The position numbers and the translations under genes are program-made. The notes below the pieces were generated by a model. That model made no database searches. It was not told where the DNA came from and was given only the letters and a program-made list of their open reading frames with translations. Shown here in pieces: positions 21,250 to 31,135 of a DNA stretch of 64,000 bases (its first letter is position 1; every line of letters starts with the position of its first letter). The stretch covers positions 160,001-224,000 of the forward strand of contig CAWGLD010000004.1 of the NCBI GenBank assembly GCA_963823335.1, given 5' to 3'. The DNA comes from an uncultured delta proteobacterium. GTDB taxonomy: Bacteria; Desulfobacterota; Desulfobacteria; Desulfobacterales; B30-G6.

Positions 21250-21420
21250 GATATATTTAGATAAACTTAGTTATCGAGTTTGAGGTAAACTTTACCGATG
21301 TCATCGGGTCATGCCCAGCGTACCACGGAGGTCCCCATCAACGCAAGATTTGGTCTGTTGCGATTATTTTCGCACATCGGAAAAATTCAGGGGTCTGATA
21401 TCTACCGTTTTGTTGGAGAT
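21250..21420 (+). repeat. Repeat family R1, copy G
   Basis: CTTTACCGATG...GCAAGATTTGGTC...TGCGATTATTTTCGCACATCGG...TCAGGGGTCTGATATCTACCGTTTTGTTGGAGAT. Confidence 0.9.
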
Positions 21421-21655
21421 GTCACCGGTTTCACACCTACTCCCTACACCCCAATATATTGCATTTCTTTTTATTATGAAACGCGCTGGATTTTATCACT
21501 GATTCACGATTTCTCATTAATAGGTCTTATTGGTAATGAAAGTAGCGCAAGGAATATAATATAGTTAGGCAAGCAGTAGTTACACGACTTGCAAAACATC
21601 CAAAAAGATGCATAATTGGGAGCTCGGATTTCAAGAGATACAAGACTCAAGGGAA

Positions 21656-23503
21656 ATGAGCATGGAACATCACATCGCAATTATCGGAGTGGGGCCAAGG
21701 GGCGCCTATTGCTTTCGAAGACTGGGCATCTATCTGAAAAAACATCCGCTCAAATACCCGGTTAACATCCACCTCATCGAAAAATCGGGCAAATTTGGCG
21801 GCGGCGGTATCCATTCTGTCACACAGCCGGACTATTTATTGCTGAATACCATCGGCAGCCAGATAACTGCTTTTGGCGATGATGACCAAGAAGCACGTTC
21901 TTCGGCAGCCAGAAGGACTCTTTACGGGTACCTATCGGACAAAGGTTTTACCATCAGCCCCAATGACTATCCCTCTCGAGCGCAGCATGGCCGATATCTT
22001 GCCGACATGGTGAACTGGACCGAAATAAATCTACCGCCGGGTGTCACTGTTCATCGGCACACGGCCACGGCTATAGACATCGAACCCGGACCGATCACTA
22101 AACAGCAAGTTGTTCTCGAAAACTTTGGTTCCATTCCCGCTGACGAAGTTTTGCTGCTGACCGGGCACGCCAAAAACCGGATCCCACCCGGTTCGGGCCC
22201 AGAAGCCTGGACGACTTTTACCAAAGCCCAGCAGAAGAAGGGCAAGCGCACAAGTTACGTCCATCTGGTTTATCCAATAGATGAAAAGACGCGACACATC
22301 GAACCCAGGGATTCTGTCTATGTCATCGGTATGGGGTTGACCGCCGTTGACGTTGTCAAAACGTTTACCATCGGCAGGGGTGGCAGGTTTGAAAACAGCA
22401 GATATATACCGAGCGGTGACGAGCCTTTTATCGTCCTCGGTTCCCGTTTAGGTCTTCCTTACTCCGCTAGGTCTCACAATCAAAAAACCATACAGTACAA
22501 GGGTAAGATACTTTTGCCGGAGTTGATCCAAGAACTGAAAAAGCAAAAACCCAAAATCGATTTTGTAACGGATTTGATGCCGTGTATCATCAGAGAAATG
22601 GAATATGTCTATTACACGACCCTCAAGGGAGAGAGATTCGGAAACCAATTACTGGCGACTTCTTCGAAAGAAGTTCGAAAACAATTGATCCGTGACAACG
22701 TCGTACCGAAAGACCGGTTTTCATGGGAGGATCTCGAGAACCCGTTCAGGACAATCGAGTCCCGAACATTGTCCGGTCAACCTTGGTTTTCTTCGATGGC
22801 CGAATACTCCGGTTTTGTAGCGGATTACATTCGGCGGGACATCACGGAAGCGGAGAAAGGCAACCTTACTAGTCCGGTAAAAACTGCTGTTGACTCGGTG
22901 TTACGGGATTTGCGGGACACATTGCGTTTGGCCGTGGACCGCGGCGGACTGACGGCCGCTTCTCATCGCTATCTTGATAAAGTGTTTAACCGAACCAATA
23001 ACCGAATTGCCGTAGGGCCACCGGTGTCAAGCACGCGAGAATTGTTGATACTGGCGAAGATTGGAATTATATCCTTTTCTGGGCCCATGCCAAATCTGAC
23101 CGTGAGAGAGAACACCGGTGATTTTTTCATTGAGAGCAAACAGGTGGCAGGGTCTGGACGGTCCGTACAACATGTACTTAATGGTAGGATTCACAGCGTT
23201 GACTACAAGAACGACAGTTCACAATTGATTCAAAATCTTTATAAACGCGGTTTGGTACGAAATTTTGTCAATGCGGATGATACGGGGTTCTATGAACTCG
23301 GCGGTTTGGATGTCACCAATGATTTCAACATTATTAACGAAGAAGGGCAACCACATCCTCACGTGTGCGCCATCGGCATTCCAGTTGAAGGTAAATTCTG
23401 GTTCAATGCGGTAGATGCCCGACCCGATGTAGACTCCAACGCAATTGCCCAGTTGAGCAGATGGGTCGAAAAAGCGATTTGCCGAATAAGGTCCTGTGAA
23501 TAA
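21656..23503 (+). CDS. FAD/NAD(P)-binding flavoprotein, CreE/FzmM-like N-monooxygenase family (start could be 21608)
   Basis: IIGVGPRG, LLLNTIGSQIT, DYPSRAQHGRYL, GMGLTAVD...GRGGRF...PSGDEP...GSRLGLPYSAR, LRDLRD. Confidence 0.8.
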   Translation: MSMEHHIAIIGVGPRGAYCFRRLGIYLKKHPLKYPVNIHLIEKSGKFGGGGIHSVTQPDYLLLNTIGSQITAFGDDDQEARSSAARRTLYGYLSDKGFTISPNDYPSRAQHGRYLADMVNWTEINLPPGVTVHRHTATAIDIEPGPITKQQVVLENFGSIPADEVLLLTGHAKNRIPPGSGPEAWTTFTKAQQKKGKRTSYVHLVYPIDEKTRHIEPRDSVYVIGMGLTAVDVVKTFTIGRGGRFENSRYIPSGDEPFIVLGSRLGLPYSARSHNQKTIQYKGKILLPELIQELKKQKPKIDFVTDLMPCIIREMEYVYYTTLKGERFGNQLLATSSKEVRKQLIRDNVVPKDRFSWEDLENPFRTIESRTLSGQPWFSSMAEYSGFVADYIRRDITEAEKGNLTSPVKTAVDSVLRDLRDTLRLAVDRGGLTAASHRYLDKVFNRTNNRIAVGPPVSSTRELLILAKIGIISFSGPMPNLTVRENTGDFFIESKQVAGSGRSVQHVLNGRIHSVDYKNDSSQLIQNLYKRGLVRNFVNADDTGFYELGGLDVTNDFNIINEEGQPHPHVCAIGIPVEGKFWFNAVDARPDVDSNAIAQLSRWVEKAICRIRSCE

Positions 23504-23568
23504 TTAAATCCATAACCGGCTATTTGCCTATTGTGGGACCTAATTCACAGGGTCCCCAGAGTGTATCT

Positions 23569-23647
23569 ACTTGCGTTTCTCCCTTAACATCGAAGCGACA
23601 GGTTCCCAGGTTCCATGCAAAAGGCTAACTCAGATTCATGCCACCTA
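23569..23647 (-). mobile_element. Group II intron RNA fragment (no RT ORF)
   Basis: - strand GGTGGCATGAATCTGA...GGAACCTGGGAACCTGTCGCTTCGATGTTAAGGGAGAA resembles the conserved ribozyme segment upstream of the ORF in bacterial group II introns (recognised from memory). Confidence 0.55.
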
Positions 23648-23840
23648 CGGAGATCGTTGCCGACGATTCTGCCATTGGCGTGATGTGCAACGATGTCTTT
23701 GGCGAAGGCTGGGGCAGTTTCCAGAGCATGAAAAAACCTGCGATACCCTAAATCTTCACAATATTTTTGGCCACGGCAACAGATACACATATCAATCCAT
23801 TCTGGACATTCAAACGAAGGACTATCGGTAACTATTCTTT

Positions 23841-24938
23841 TCATAATCCTATTTTATCTTTTTCAATACGTCCGAGAACTGGTGCTACAAGGCTTCCAAT
23901 ATAAAGATAATCGTTTGTTTCTGTTACGCTGGTGTTGATAGGGTAGCCTCCATCGGAATCCTGCAGATCTTCAATCACCAACCCTGTTTCATCAATCGCG
24001 ATGATATGGCCGTAAGCTATGGCTTTAGGGCGTAAAAAGGCCGGCATGCGCTGTATGACTTTTCGCATAAAAGGCTTTGCAGAAAGGTTGTCCATCAATT
24101 TATTTCTGGGGGAGACAAAAGCTACCCAATAACGTCCATTCATGCCCGTCGATATATTATCTGGAAACGATGGCAACGAGTGGATAAAGACCTCTGATTG
24201 TCCCATTCTAAGGCCTGAAATCCAATATCGAATTACTTGATACCCGCCAGTTTCGTTCACCAAGACATATTTTTGATCATGGCTAATAGCAACACCATTG
24301 GCAAACATGAGCCCATCCAGCAGTGTCCTGGTATCCTTCGTAGTTGGGTCATATACCAGCAATCTGCCATGACCACCATGTTCCATTAAAGCAAGCAGGC
24401 TCCCTTCGTACGTCCCTCCTGATTCTTTCGCACCGAATTTAGTTGATGCATCCGAGAAATAAATCTTACCATCAGCAGCAATATCTACATCATCTGCATA
24501 GCGGATCGGAATACCATCAGCGATTGTAGATAATTCTGAAATCATTCCGTCTGGGCGTATCGACAACAACCCCCGAAAGGCGTCAGCTACAATTAAATTC
24601 CCATTGCTGTCAAAGTCTATCCCAAGGGGACGGCCATTGGTATTGACCCAGTTTTCTGCGTTTGATCCATCAGGATTTAAACGTACAATATTTCCTTCAT
24701 GAGTGGCTGCATAAATACGGCCCTGTTGGTCAAGAGCTATATCTTCCGGTCCATGATTGCCCGCTATTGGAAAGGTTTCAATGCTCTTTAATCGGTCATT
24801 GACTGCAAAAGGACCTGTATAGCCAGGGTTAGGAGGGGCTTCCCATGCAACAGGAGCAATGGGAACTGGCCAAGCGATAAAATATAGAATGAGGACGCCG
24901 ATGATTACCATAGCTGTTAACAGAATCTTTTTGAGCAT
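23841..24938 (-). CDS. Strictosidine synthase / SMP-30-gluconolactonase family protein
   Basis: GPEDIA, GRPLGI, IYFSDAS, FANGVA, FPDNI; N-terminal anchor. Confidence 0.9.
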   Translation of the reverse strand: MLKKILLTAMVIIGVLILYFIAWPVPIAPVAWEAPPNPGYTGPFAVNDRLKSIETFPIAGNHGPEDIALDQQGRIYAATHEGNIVRLNPDGSNAENWVNTNGRPLGIDFDSNGNLIVADAFRGLLSIRPDGMISELSTIADGIPIRYADDVDIAADGKIYFSDASTKFGAKESGGTYEGSLLALMEHGGHGRLLVYDPTTKDTRTLLDGLMFANGVAISHDQKYVLVNETGGYQVIRYWISGLRMGQSEVFIHSLPSFPDNISTGMNGRYWVAFVSPRNKLMDNLSAKPFMRKVIQRMPAFLRPKAIAYGHIIAIDETGLVIEDLQDSDGGYPINTSVTETNDYLYIGSLVAPVLGRIEKDKIGL

Positions 24939-25027
24939 GGTTTTCTCCTTTGTTACAGGTGTTCAGCATTCAAAAGTGTTTATTTGTGGTGTTACGCCTT
25001 CGGTAGATTGGTATAAATAGTAAAATA

Positions 25028-25157
25028 GTCAACTACCACCCGTGAAACGGGTGGCTTGGATTTCCCCCAAAATGGGGGAAAAACAAAGGAGACGGCACGT
25101 CTCCGTAAGTTCAGGTTCGGAACCGCGTGCCAAGCACGCGGTTTGTAGAACAATCAA
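25028..25157 (+). mobile_element. 130-bp multi-hairpin MITE with IS200/IS605-type ends (family M1, copy 1)
   Basis: GTCAACTACCACCCGTGAAACGGGTGGCTTG...AACCGCGTGCCAAGCACGCGGTT...CAATCAA; copies at 44322-44450 (-) and 53673-53802 (+). Confidence 0.8.
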
Positions 25158-25270
25158 ATATTTATAAAGATCAGAATCGGCAAGGCCAACTATCGATCTA
25201 AAGATAACGCATGGAGATGATCGACAGAGTCGGAATGCACTTTTTATGGATGTTTAGCAAATCTTTATTA

Positions 25271-26026
25271 TCACCATACGCCTCCAAGGGCTACGGTAAT
25301 GGCTTCTCCATTGACGCCACTGGATTCTTCAGATACCAGGAAGGCGATCACCTCCGCCACTTCTTGGGGTGTCACCACTCGGCCCGCCGGATAAAGCGCA
25401 GCTCTTTCTGCCCACACCTCGTCCGGGGTAACACCACGCTGTTCGGCTTCGGCTCTGGCCGAAGTCTCAGCCATTGTTGTTCGTACCCAGCCGGGCAGCA
25501 CCGCGTTGGAAGTTACGCCATGCGGTCCGGCATCCTGGGCAACCGAGCGCATCAGGCCCAGAAGACCGTGTTTTGAGCTGTTGTAAGCACTGCTAGCGTA
25601 TTCCGCCACCTGTCCGGCTGTCGAACTTGTGAACACAAGCCGGCCGTAATTCTGTTCAATCATATCTTTGACAACTATCTGTGAAAGAAAATAAGGCCCG
25701 TCCAGATTGATGCGCATCGTTTCGCGCCAGAGCGCCGGCTCGTGCTCCCAGATAACCCGCTCATGAGCCGAACCAATACCATGATTGCACACCAGGATTG
25801 AAACAAGCCCCAGGCGATCATGTGTTTCCTCCACCGCTAGTGAACAACCGTCAGGCGTACCCAGATCAGCGACAACGTAGTCCAGGCCCAGCGTCAGCAA
25901 TTCATTTTCGCTGCGCGCAACAGCCATCACCCGTGCACCGCGTGAGGCCAGCAGATTGGCCGCTATCCGCCCAATTCCACGTCCCGCACCCGTTACCAGC
26001 GCCACCCGTCCTTCTACTCCCGGCAT
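25271..26026 (-). CDS. SDR-family oxidoreductase
   Basis: TGAGRGIG, YNSSKHG (YxxxK), PGWVRT. Confidence 0.92.
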   Translation of the reverse strand: MPGVEGRVALVTGAGRGIGRIAANLLASRGARVMAVARSENELLTLGLDYVVADLGTPDGCSLAVEETHDRLGLVSILVCNHGIGSAHERVIWEHEPALWRETMRINLDGPYFLSQIVVKDMIEQNYGRLVFTSSTAGQVAEYASSAYNSSKHGLLGLMRSVAQDAGPHGVTSNAVLPGWVRTTMAETSARAEAEQRGVTPDEVWAERAALYPAGRVVTPQEVAEVIAFLVSEESSGVNGEAITVALGGVW

Positions 26027-26298
26027 AACGCACTTCCATTTCGATAGCTAATCCGCGTTCCCAATGCTCTATCCTCCTATAGTTGATATCATTTTAAAAA
26101 ACCGATAGCTGCAGTTTTGTTATCGGAAATTGTCCGTTGAAGACTTATGCCAGTCATCTTCAATTTTTCTTGATATTTCCTGCCATATTTTAAGTGCCCA
26201 ACAATGCTAAGAAACCACTTTGGATCAGATTGGCCCTGCCATCTGGTTAAGGCAGGTAATACTCTATGAGAGATGAATAAATATTTTTAACCTTTTCA

Positions 26299-27981
26299 CT
26301 ATTCCTGCCACACGACTGGCCTATTCTCCTCATACCAAGCGTTGGAGTAAGGGCCATAGACTTCTTCTAGCTTGGAACGCTTGAGTTTCATGGTGGGTGT
26401 CAGAAAGCCATTTTCCGGGAGCCATTCATCCTTGGCCACAGCCACAAATGCCAGTCGCTCGTGATGAGGGAGCTCGCGATTAATACTATTTAGATGCTCT
26501 GCAAGATCCCCTTCGATTGCTGTTTTTTTTCCCTGATCGATGGCTTCCCGGGCACCTTCCGATAACATCACTAACGCATGCGGTTGAGGATATCCCGAGC
26601 CAGTTACACAACACGCCTCGACATGCTGGTTTAAGGCGAGCTGATTTTCGATGGGTGCGGGCGCAACGTACTTTCCTTTAGATGTTTTAAACTGTTCTTT
26701 TGCACGGCCGGTGATCTTGAGGCGCCCCTTCTCATCAATCTCTCCAAGATCCCCTGTTTTAAAAAATCCGTCCTCAGTAAACTCCTCTTTGGTCTTTTCC
26801 GGCATCTTGTAGTAACCCATCATGTTTCCGGGGCTCTTGACCAGGATTTCGCCTGCCTCGCTAATTCTCTGTTGCACATCCGGATATGGAGGGCCTACGT
26901 AGCCGGGACGCACCTCTCCGGGTTTGGTGCAGTGTGAGTAAGCGAAGTTTTCGGTCATGGCATACCCTTCAAGCAGTTCAAGCCCCAGGTTACGATACCA
27001 CTCGATGATTTCTTTGGGGATCGGAGCAGAGCCAGAACCAGCAAACCTTACATGGTCCAGTCCCAGTTGGGCAAGGATCTTCTTTTTTACAAGACCTTTA
27101 ATAATTGGAATCTTAAAAAGGAGATCAAGTTTTTTCGGAGGTATTTTCTGAAAGATACCGAGCTGGAACTTGAGCCACAGCCGCGGTACCGAAATGAACA
27201 GTGTCGGGCGCGCGCGTTGCAAATCCGCAATGAAGGTTTCAAGACTCTCGGCAAAATACAGCGGAAAGCCGACATATAGAGAATGCGACTCAACGACCCA
27301 GCGCTCAAATGCATGTGATAAGGGCAGATATGACAGAAATCGGTCACGTTCATGGGTCTTGAGATACTCTGAAATACCTTTGGCGCTATGGTGCATGGTA
27401 CCGAAGCTAATCATGGCACCCTTAGGTTTGCCGGTACTTCCCGATGTGTAAATGATCGTGGCTAACTCATCAGGTAATCGTTCGGCCGGCTCTGTCAGAG
27501 GTTCGTGATCGGCGACAATACCATCCCACTGATCCAAATTACTTTCAGGAGCGAGGGGAAAAGCGATCTGGGGCATGTCAGCGGGCACACCTTTTTTCAT
27601 TTCGTCCCAGACCGGGTCGAGTTTGCCGACAAAGAGAAGCTTGGAGTCCGAATGCTCGAGGGTATATTGGACAATATCAGCCGTTAGAATCGGGAAAATC
27701 GGGATGCTGACGTGTCCTGCCATCCAGATGGCCAAATCCGCTAAAACCCAATGGGCGCAGTTTTTGGAGCATATGGCGATGTGGCTCGGCTCAGGTAAAT
27801 TGAGGCTTTTGAGGTAGGTGGCCATGCGCCGGGCCTCGCCAACCGCTTCTTTCCAGGTCCAGGTCTTGAGGTTGGCATCACCGCCACCGAGGGGTTGGGT
27901 GAGGTACATCTGATCCGGAGTAACACGTTCCCAGTAATAAGCACATTCCAGCAGGTTTTTACTATCTGTCATGGGTATCAT
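26299..27981 (-). CDS. AMP-binding long-chain acyl-CoA synthetase
   Basis: YTSGSTGKPKG, EGYAMTE, FKTGDLG, KGKYVAP, LTPTMKLKR. Confidence 0.92.
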   Translation of the reverse strand: MIPMTDSKNLLECAYYWERVTPDQMYLTQPLGGGDANLKTWTWKEAVGEARRMATYLKSLNLPEPSHIAICSKNCAHWVLADLAIWMAGHVSIPIFPILTADIVQYTLEHSDSKLLFVGKLDPVWDEMKKGVPADMPQIAFPLAPESNLDQWDGIVADHEPLTEPAERLPDELATIIYTSGSTGKPKGAMISFGTMHHSAKGISEYLKTHERDRFLSYLPLSHAFERWVVESHSLYVGFPLYFAESLETFIADLQRARPTLFISVPRLWLKFQLGIFQKIPPKKLDLLFKIPIIKGLVKKKILAQLGLDHVRFAGSGSAPIPKEIIEWYRNLGLELLEGYAMTENFAYSHCTKPGEVRPGYVGPPYPDVQQRISEAGEILVKSPGNMMGYYKMPEKTKEEFTEDGFFKTGDLGEIDEKGRLKITGRAKEQFKTSKGKYVAPAPIENQLALNQHVEACCVTGSGYPQPHALVMLSEGAREAIDQGKKTAIEGDLAEHLNSINRELPHHERLAFVAVAKDEWLPENGFLTPTMKLKRSKLEEVYGPYSNAWYEENRPVVWQE

Positions 27982-28039
27982 GGTTTTCCTCCTTGTACTT
28001 TTTAGCAGATGTTACCGATTTTACGCTCCGGTCTTTGGC

Positions 28040-28093
28040 ATAATAAGAAAGAATGGCTCTACGTTTGCGAGTGACTTTTTGTTCGTTTGGCAT
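28040..28093 (-). pseudogene. Second, shorter adenylate-cyclase 5' stub
   Basis: MPNEQKVTRKRRAILS, homologous to MPTEDKVTRKLRAILS at 19122; same GAAGGTGATC upstream. Confidence 0.6.
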
Positions 28094-28230
28094 CGGATCA
28101 CCTTCAACAGTTGGAGTGAATAGAAGATGATATTTCTTGGAGAGGATCTTACAAATTGAAAAGGAGGTCAGGACAGGCACCAGTTCTTTTTTCAGTATCA
28201 CGTCAGCAGTGATTTAAGCGTGCTTTAAAA

Positions 28231-28259
28231 TTTATATATGACATGCTAGAACAGGTCAA
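28231..28259 (-). promoter_or_regulatory. Putative sigma-70 promoter
   Basis: - strand TTGACC-N17-TATAAA upstream of the cyclase stub and acyl-CoA synthetase. Confidence 0.5.
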
Positions 28260-28335
28260 GAGATTTACTGTTTCCACGATGGTTGATATGGATATCTTGT
28301 CTGAAAATCAATTATCGGTCAGGGTACAGACTGCC

Positions 28336-28800
28336 TTATTGCGTTGATGCTGATTTTGCTATGCTGGCCAGCGCTTTTTCTATTTTTGATATGACTTCTT
28401 CGCAACCGGCAATATTATGCCTTTTTTCTAAATATCTTGGATCGTTATACGATATCCACACATTAGCCCTATCATCTTCCCAAATTAATGCTTTTTGGGG
28501 TAAATCAATAGCAACACTTTGCCGACATTTCATAAGAGGGCTTCCCACCTTTGGATTCCCGAATATAATTAGTTCTGTATCTCGCAGTTCGATACCGACA
28601 TTGTCAGCACCTTCGGAATGCTTTATTCGATTGAATACAGTCATTCCATTCTCTTTCAAGATGCTCTCCATTCGATCCGCAGTTTCTTTTACATTAAAGG
28701 TGCTTTGGACATGAACCACTCCATCTGCTGCCACTACAGGAAGTGCAATGGATAATATCAACAGTGCAGCGAAAATTGATCTTTTCATTTTTTTCTCCAT
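28336..28800 (-). CDS. DUF302-family protein
   Basis: LIIFGNPKVGSPLM, AIDLPQKALIWED; signal peptide. Confidence 0.88.
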   Translation of the reverse strand: MEKKMKRSIFAALLILSIALPVVAADGVVHVQSTFNVKETADRMESILKENGMTVFNRIKHSEGADNVGIELRDTELIIFGNPKVGSPLMKCRQSVAIDLPQKALIWEDDRANVWISYNDPRYLEKRHNIAGCEEVISKIEKALASIAKSASTQ

Positions 28801-29039
28801 TCGTCAGTCTGAAGTTTGAGCTGTGCGGCGAGGGAACCGAGCCCGCTGAAGAAAAAGGTCATGTTGCCATTACTGATTATTCTGTGAATCCTTGTTCCCT
28901 CATATATTCACTTTTTTTAAAATGCGCCATTCCAGCAGACTTCAAAGTTTCCGAAACTTTCTTCCAGTCTACTCCGACACAATCTTGTTTAACGTCAATT
29001 TCCATTAAAGGCCTCGTTAGCGATTTCTATCTTCTGAGA

Positions 29040-29315
29040 CTATTGTTGGCCTTGTTCTTTTTTAAGGCTTTTGCTCAGTTTCTCCAGCGTATCGACGGTT
29101 TCACTGCGCATCCTGTCTATCTTTTTTGAGGTTTCTTGCTTCATAACCTCAATTGTGGTCTGCAGGTCCTTGATCCTATCTTTTAGATCCTCTTCCTTCC
29201 CGGTTGAATTATAAGCCATAAATGAAAGAATAAGTGCAATTACCGAAATGATAAGAGCAAGCGTTGCCCTGAAGCCTCCCTTTACTACTTTGGTCTCCTG
29301 CGTCATGGTTTGCAT
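29040..29315 (-). CDS. Small membrane-anchored coiled-coil hypothetical protein
   Basis: AGGAGG RBS, TM helix, then coiled coil. Confidence 0.7.
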   Translation of the reverse strand: MQTMTQETKVVKGGFRATLALIISVIALILSFMAYNSTGKEEDLKDRIKDLQTTIEVMKQETSKKIDRMRSETVDTLEKLSKSLKKEQGQQ

Positions 29316-29532
29316 ACCTCCTGGTATTTGTATTTTCTCGTCATATAAAATGGTTCAAATAGCTCGGGTCTTCATTGTTAATATCTCGAATTTTCTCTTT
29401 TTCTGAAATGCAACGATAACGACAGCAGATTTCAAATTCTAAATTGGTCCCCGGGGGTATCCCCGTGGTCCCATTAAAATACCCGTCTTCGCTTTTGGCT
29501 ACGCAGTGGTTATCACGTCCTGGCAGCAGCGT

Positions 29533-30042
29533 CTATATCGCTTCCATATCGATCTCGGCAAAATCGAACCAAAAACCACTCTGGGCAGCAAAGTCCAGTT
29601 CTGCTTGAACCAGTTGCAGATGGTCGTTTTCGATCTCAAGAAAACGGGCAAACATTCGTTGGCCATCATTTGAGAGTTCTGCCACAAGAGTCTCGTAAAA
29701 TTTGCTCGTTTCGATCTCCGCTTTGAGAGCCCGTTCCAGGATCTGCCGCTCCTTTTCCAGGGAAGTGCCGGAAAAGGTACCCCTGATCTTGTTCGCGTTG
29801 GCACATATGAGGTTGGCCGGGGGCAGTCGCGAAGGAAGCCCATCGAATCGAAGCACACCGTTATCCTGCCACGTTCTCAATTTGTCCTGGAGATAAGCCA
29901 CATGTCCCTGCTCTTCGTCGGCCAGCATGAGCAAGACTTTTTTTCCCCTTGCATCTTCCACTTCGTCGGCCGCCTGGGTGTAGACGGCAAGTATTTTATT
30001 TTCATATTCTATGGCCGTATTGATGGCTTCTTCGATTTTCAT
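29533..30042 (-). CDS. Ferritin-like / rubrerythrin-family protein
   Basis: E..EEQGH and E..ENDH diiron motifs; GGAGG RBS. Confidence 0.85.
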   Translation of the reverse strand: MKIEEAINTAIEYENKILAVYTQAADEVEDARGKKVLLMLADEEQGHVAYLQDKLRTWQDNGVLRFDGLPSRLPPANLICANANKIRGTFSGTSLEKERQILERALKAEIETSKFYETLVAELSNDGQRMFARFLEIENDHLQLVQAELDFAAQSGFWFDFAEIDMEAI

Positions 30043-30208
30043 TCTGCCTCCTTTGGGTTGTCTTCACCCTGGTGTTATAGAAGATTACCATTATTAACAG
30101 CTTGTTTTCATTCTTGGCAATACGAAAATAATATTAGGTCGTGATTTCGGTATGTTGTGTTGTCAGCTGGATATAAAGTTTAATCCTGGCAGGTTCGGAG
30201 AATGGAAT

Positions 30209-30781
30209 TCAAGCCTCGCTTTTCTTGTTTTTTCGATCTTGCAACCTGGCAATGAGTTTCTTTATTTTTCTTCTTATGAGCATGGCAAGTGTGAACAACA
30301 GGACAAAAAAGACAATATTGAAGATCGGGATATGTGTATAATCTCTATCAACCTGCTTTAAATCCAGCACATTGGGAAACGTTGAAAAAACAGTAAGCCG
30401 CCAACCATAGTACTTGACAAGTACCCACGGTTCGTCTTGATTTGTGGCAAATGCCTGCGCTTTGGCTGTAATATCGGCGCTGCGAAACTTAAAGTAAGGG
30501 GGCCATCCCCATCCGGTGTCCTGGTTTCTGAATACCATGGGTTTACCCTTGCGGGACACCGAGTTGATAAATCTGACATCCGTTGTTAGATGGGCTTCTT
30601 TCACCTCTTCTTGCGGCCCGGCCTCTTTATCCTTGACCTTTACAGTCTTGTCAATTCGTTTGGTATCCGTTCCGGATATTTGTACCACTGCCGTTCTGGG
30701 CAGATGATAGTGAAAAAATAACCCCAAAATGACAACCAGAATAATTCCGATGCTGATTTTAATTTTTTTACTTGTCTTCAT
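30209..30781 (-). CDS. DUF1523-family membrane protein
   Basis: HYHLP, FRNQDTGWGWPPYFKF, YGWR. Confidence 0.85.
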   Translation of the reverse strand: MKTSKKIKISIGIILVVILGLFFHYHLPRTAVVQISGTDTKRIDKTVKVKDKEAGPQEEVKEAHLTTDVRFINSVSRKGKPMVFRNQDTGWGWPPYFKFRSADITAKAQAFATNQDEPWVLVKYYGWRLTVFSTFPNVLDLKQVDRDYTHIPIFNIVFFVLLFTLAMLIRRKIKKLIARLQDRKNKKSEA

Positions 30782-30792
30782 GCTTGCTCTCT

Positions 30793-30897
30793 TTAATCTC
30801 TGCACGAAATGGGAATGACAATTTCATGCTTTTTTTGAAAATGAGCGTTCACCCTTTTTCCAATTGTACCTTTGCCGCCTATGATCAATAGCTTCAT
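30793..30897 (-). pseudogene. N-terminal stub of a short-chain dehydrogenase
   Basis: MKLLIIGGKGTIGKRV Rossmann start, stops after ~34 aa. Confidence 0.55.
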
Positions 30898-31135
30898 TTT
30901 GTCTTCTTTCCTATATTGGAAAGAGCTGTTCTCTCTTGTCCTGCACTGTAAAGCCATATCGTATGCAGGATATTCATACCTATCAAAAAAAAACAGAAAA
31001 TACAAATAGATCAGAGCTCTTGTAATGACCTGATCTTTCAGGGAACCGATTGTCTCGGGACAAGCCTGCGACAAACAGATTATGGTTGCTCGCAAAAAGA
31101 AAATGGGCAGCAGAATACCAAAAATAAAATATATG

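Noticed and set aside
244-21420. R1 as integron attC sites or a CRISPR array
   Set aside because: No conserved RYYYAAC/GTTRRRY ends, no intI or cas gene; units are too long and spacing is kb-scale and irregular
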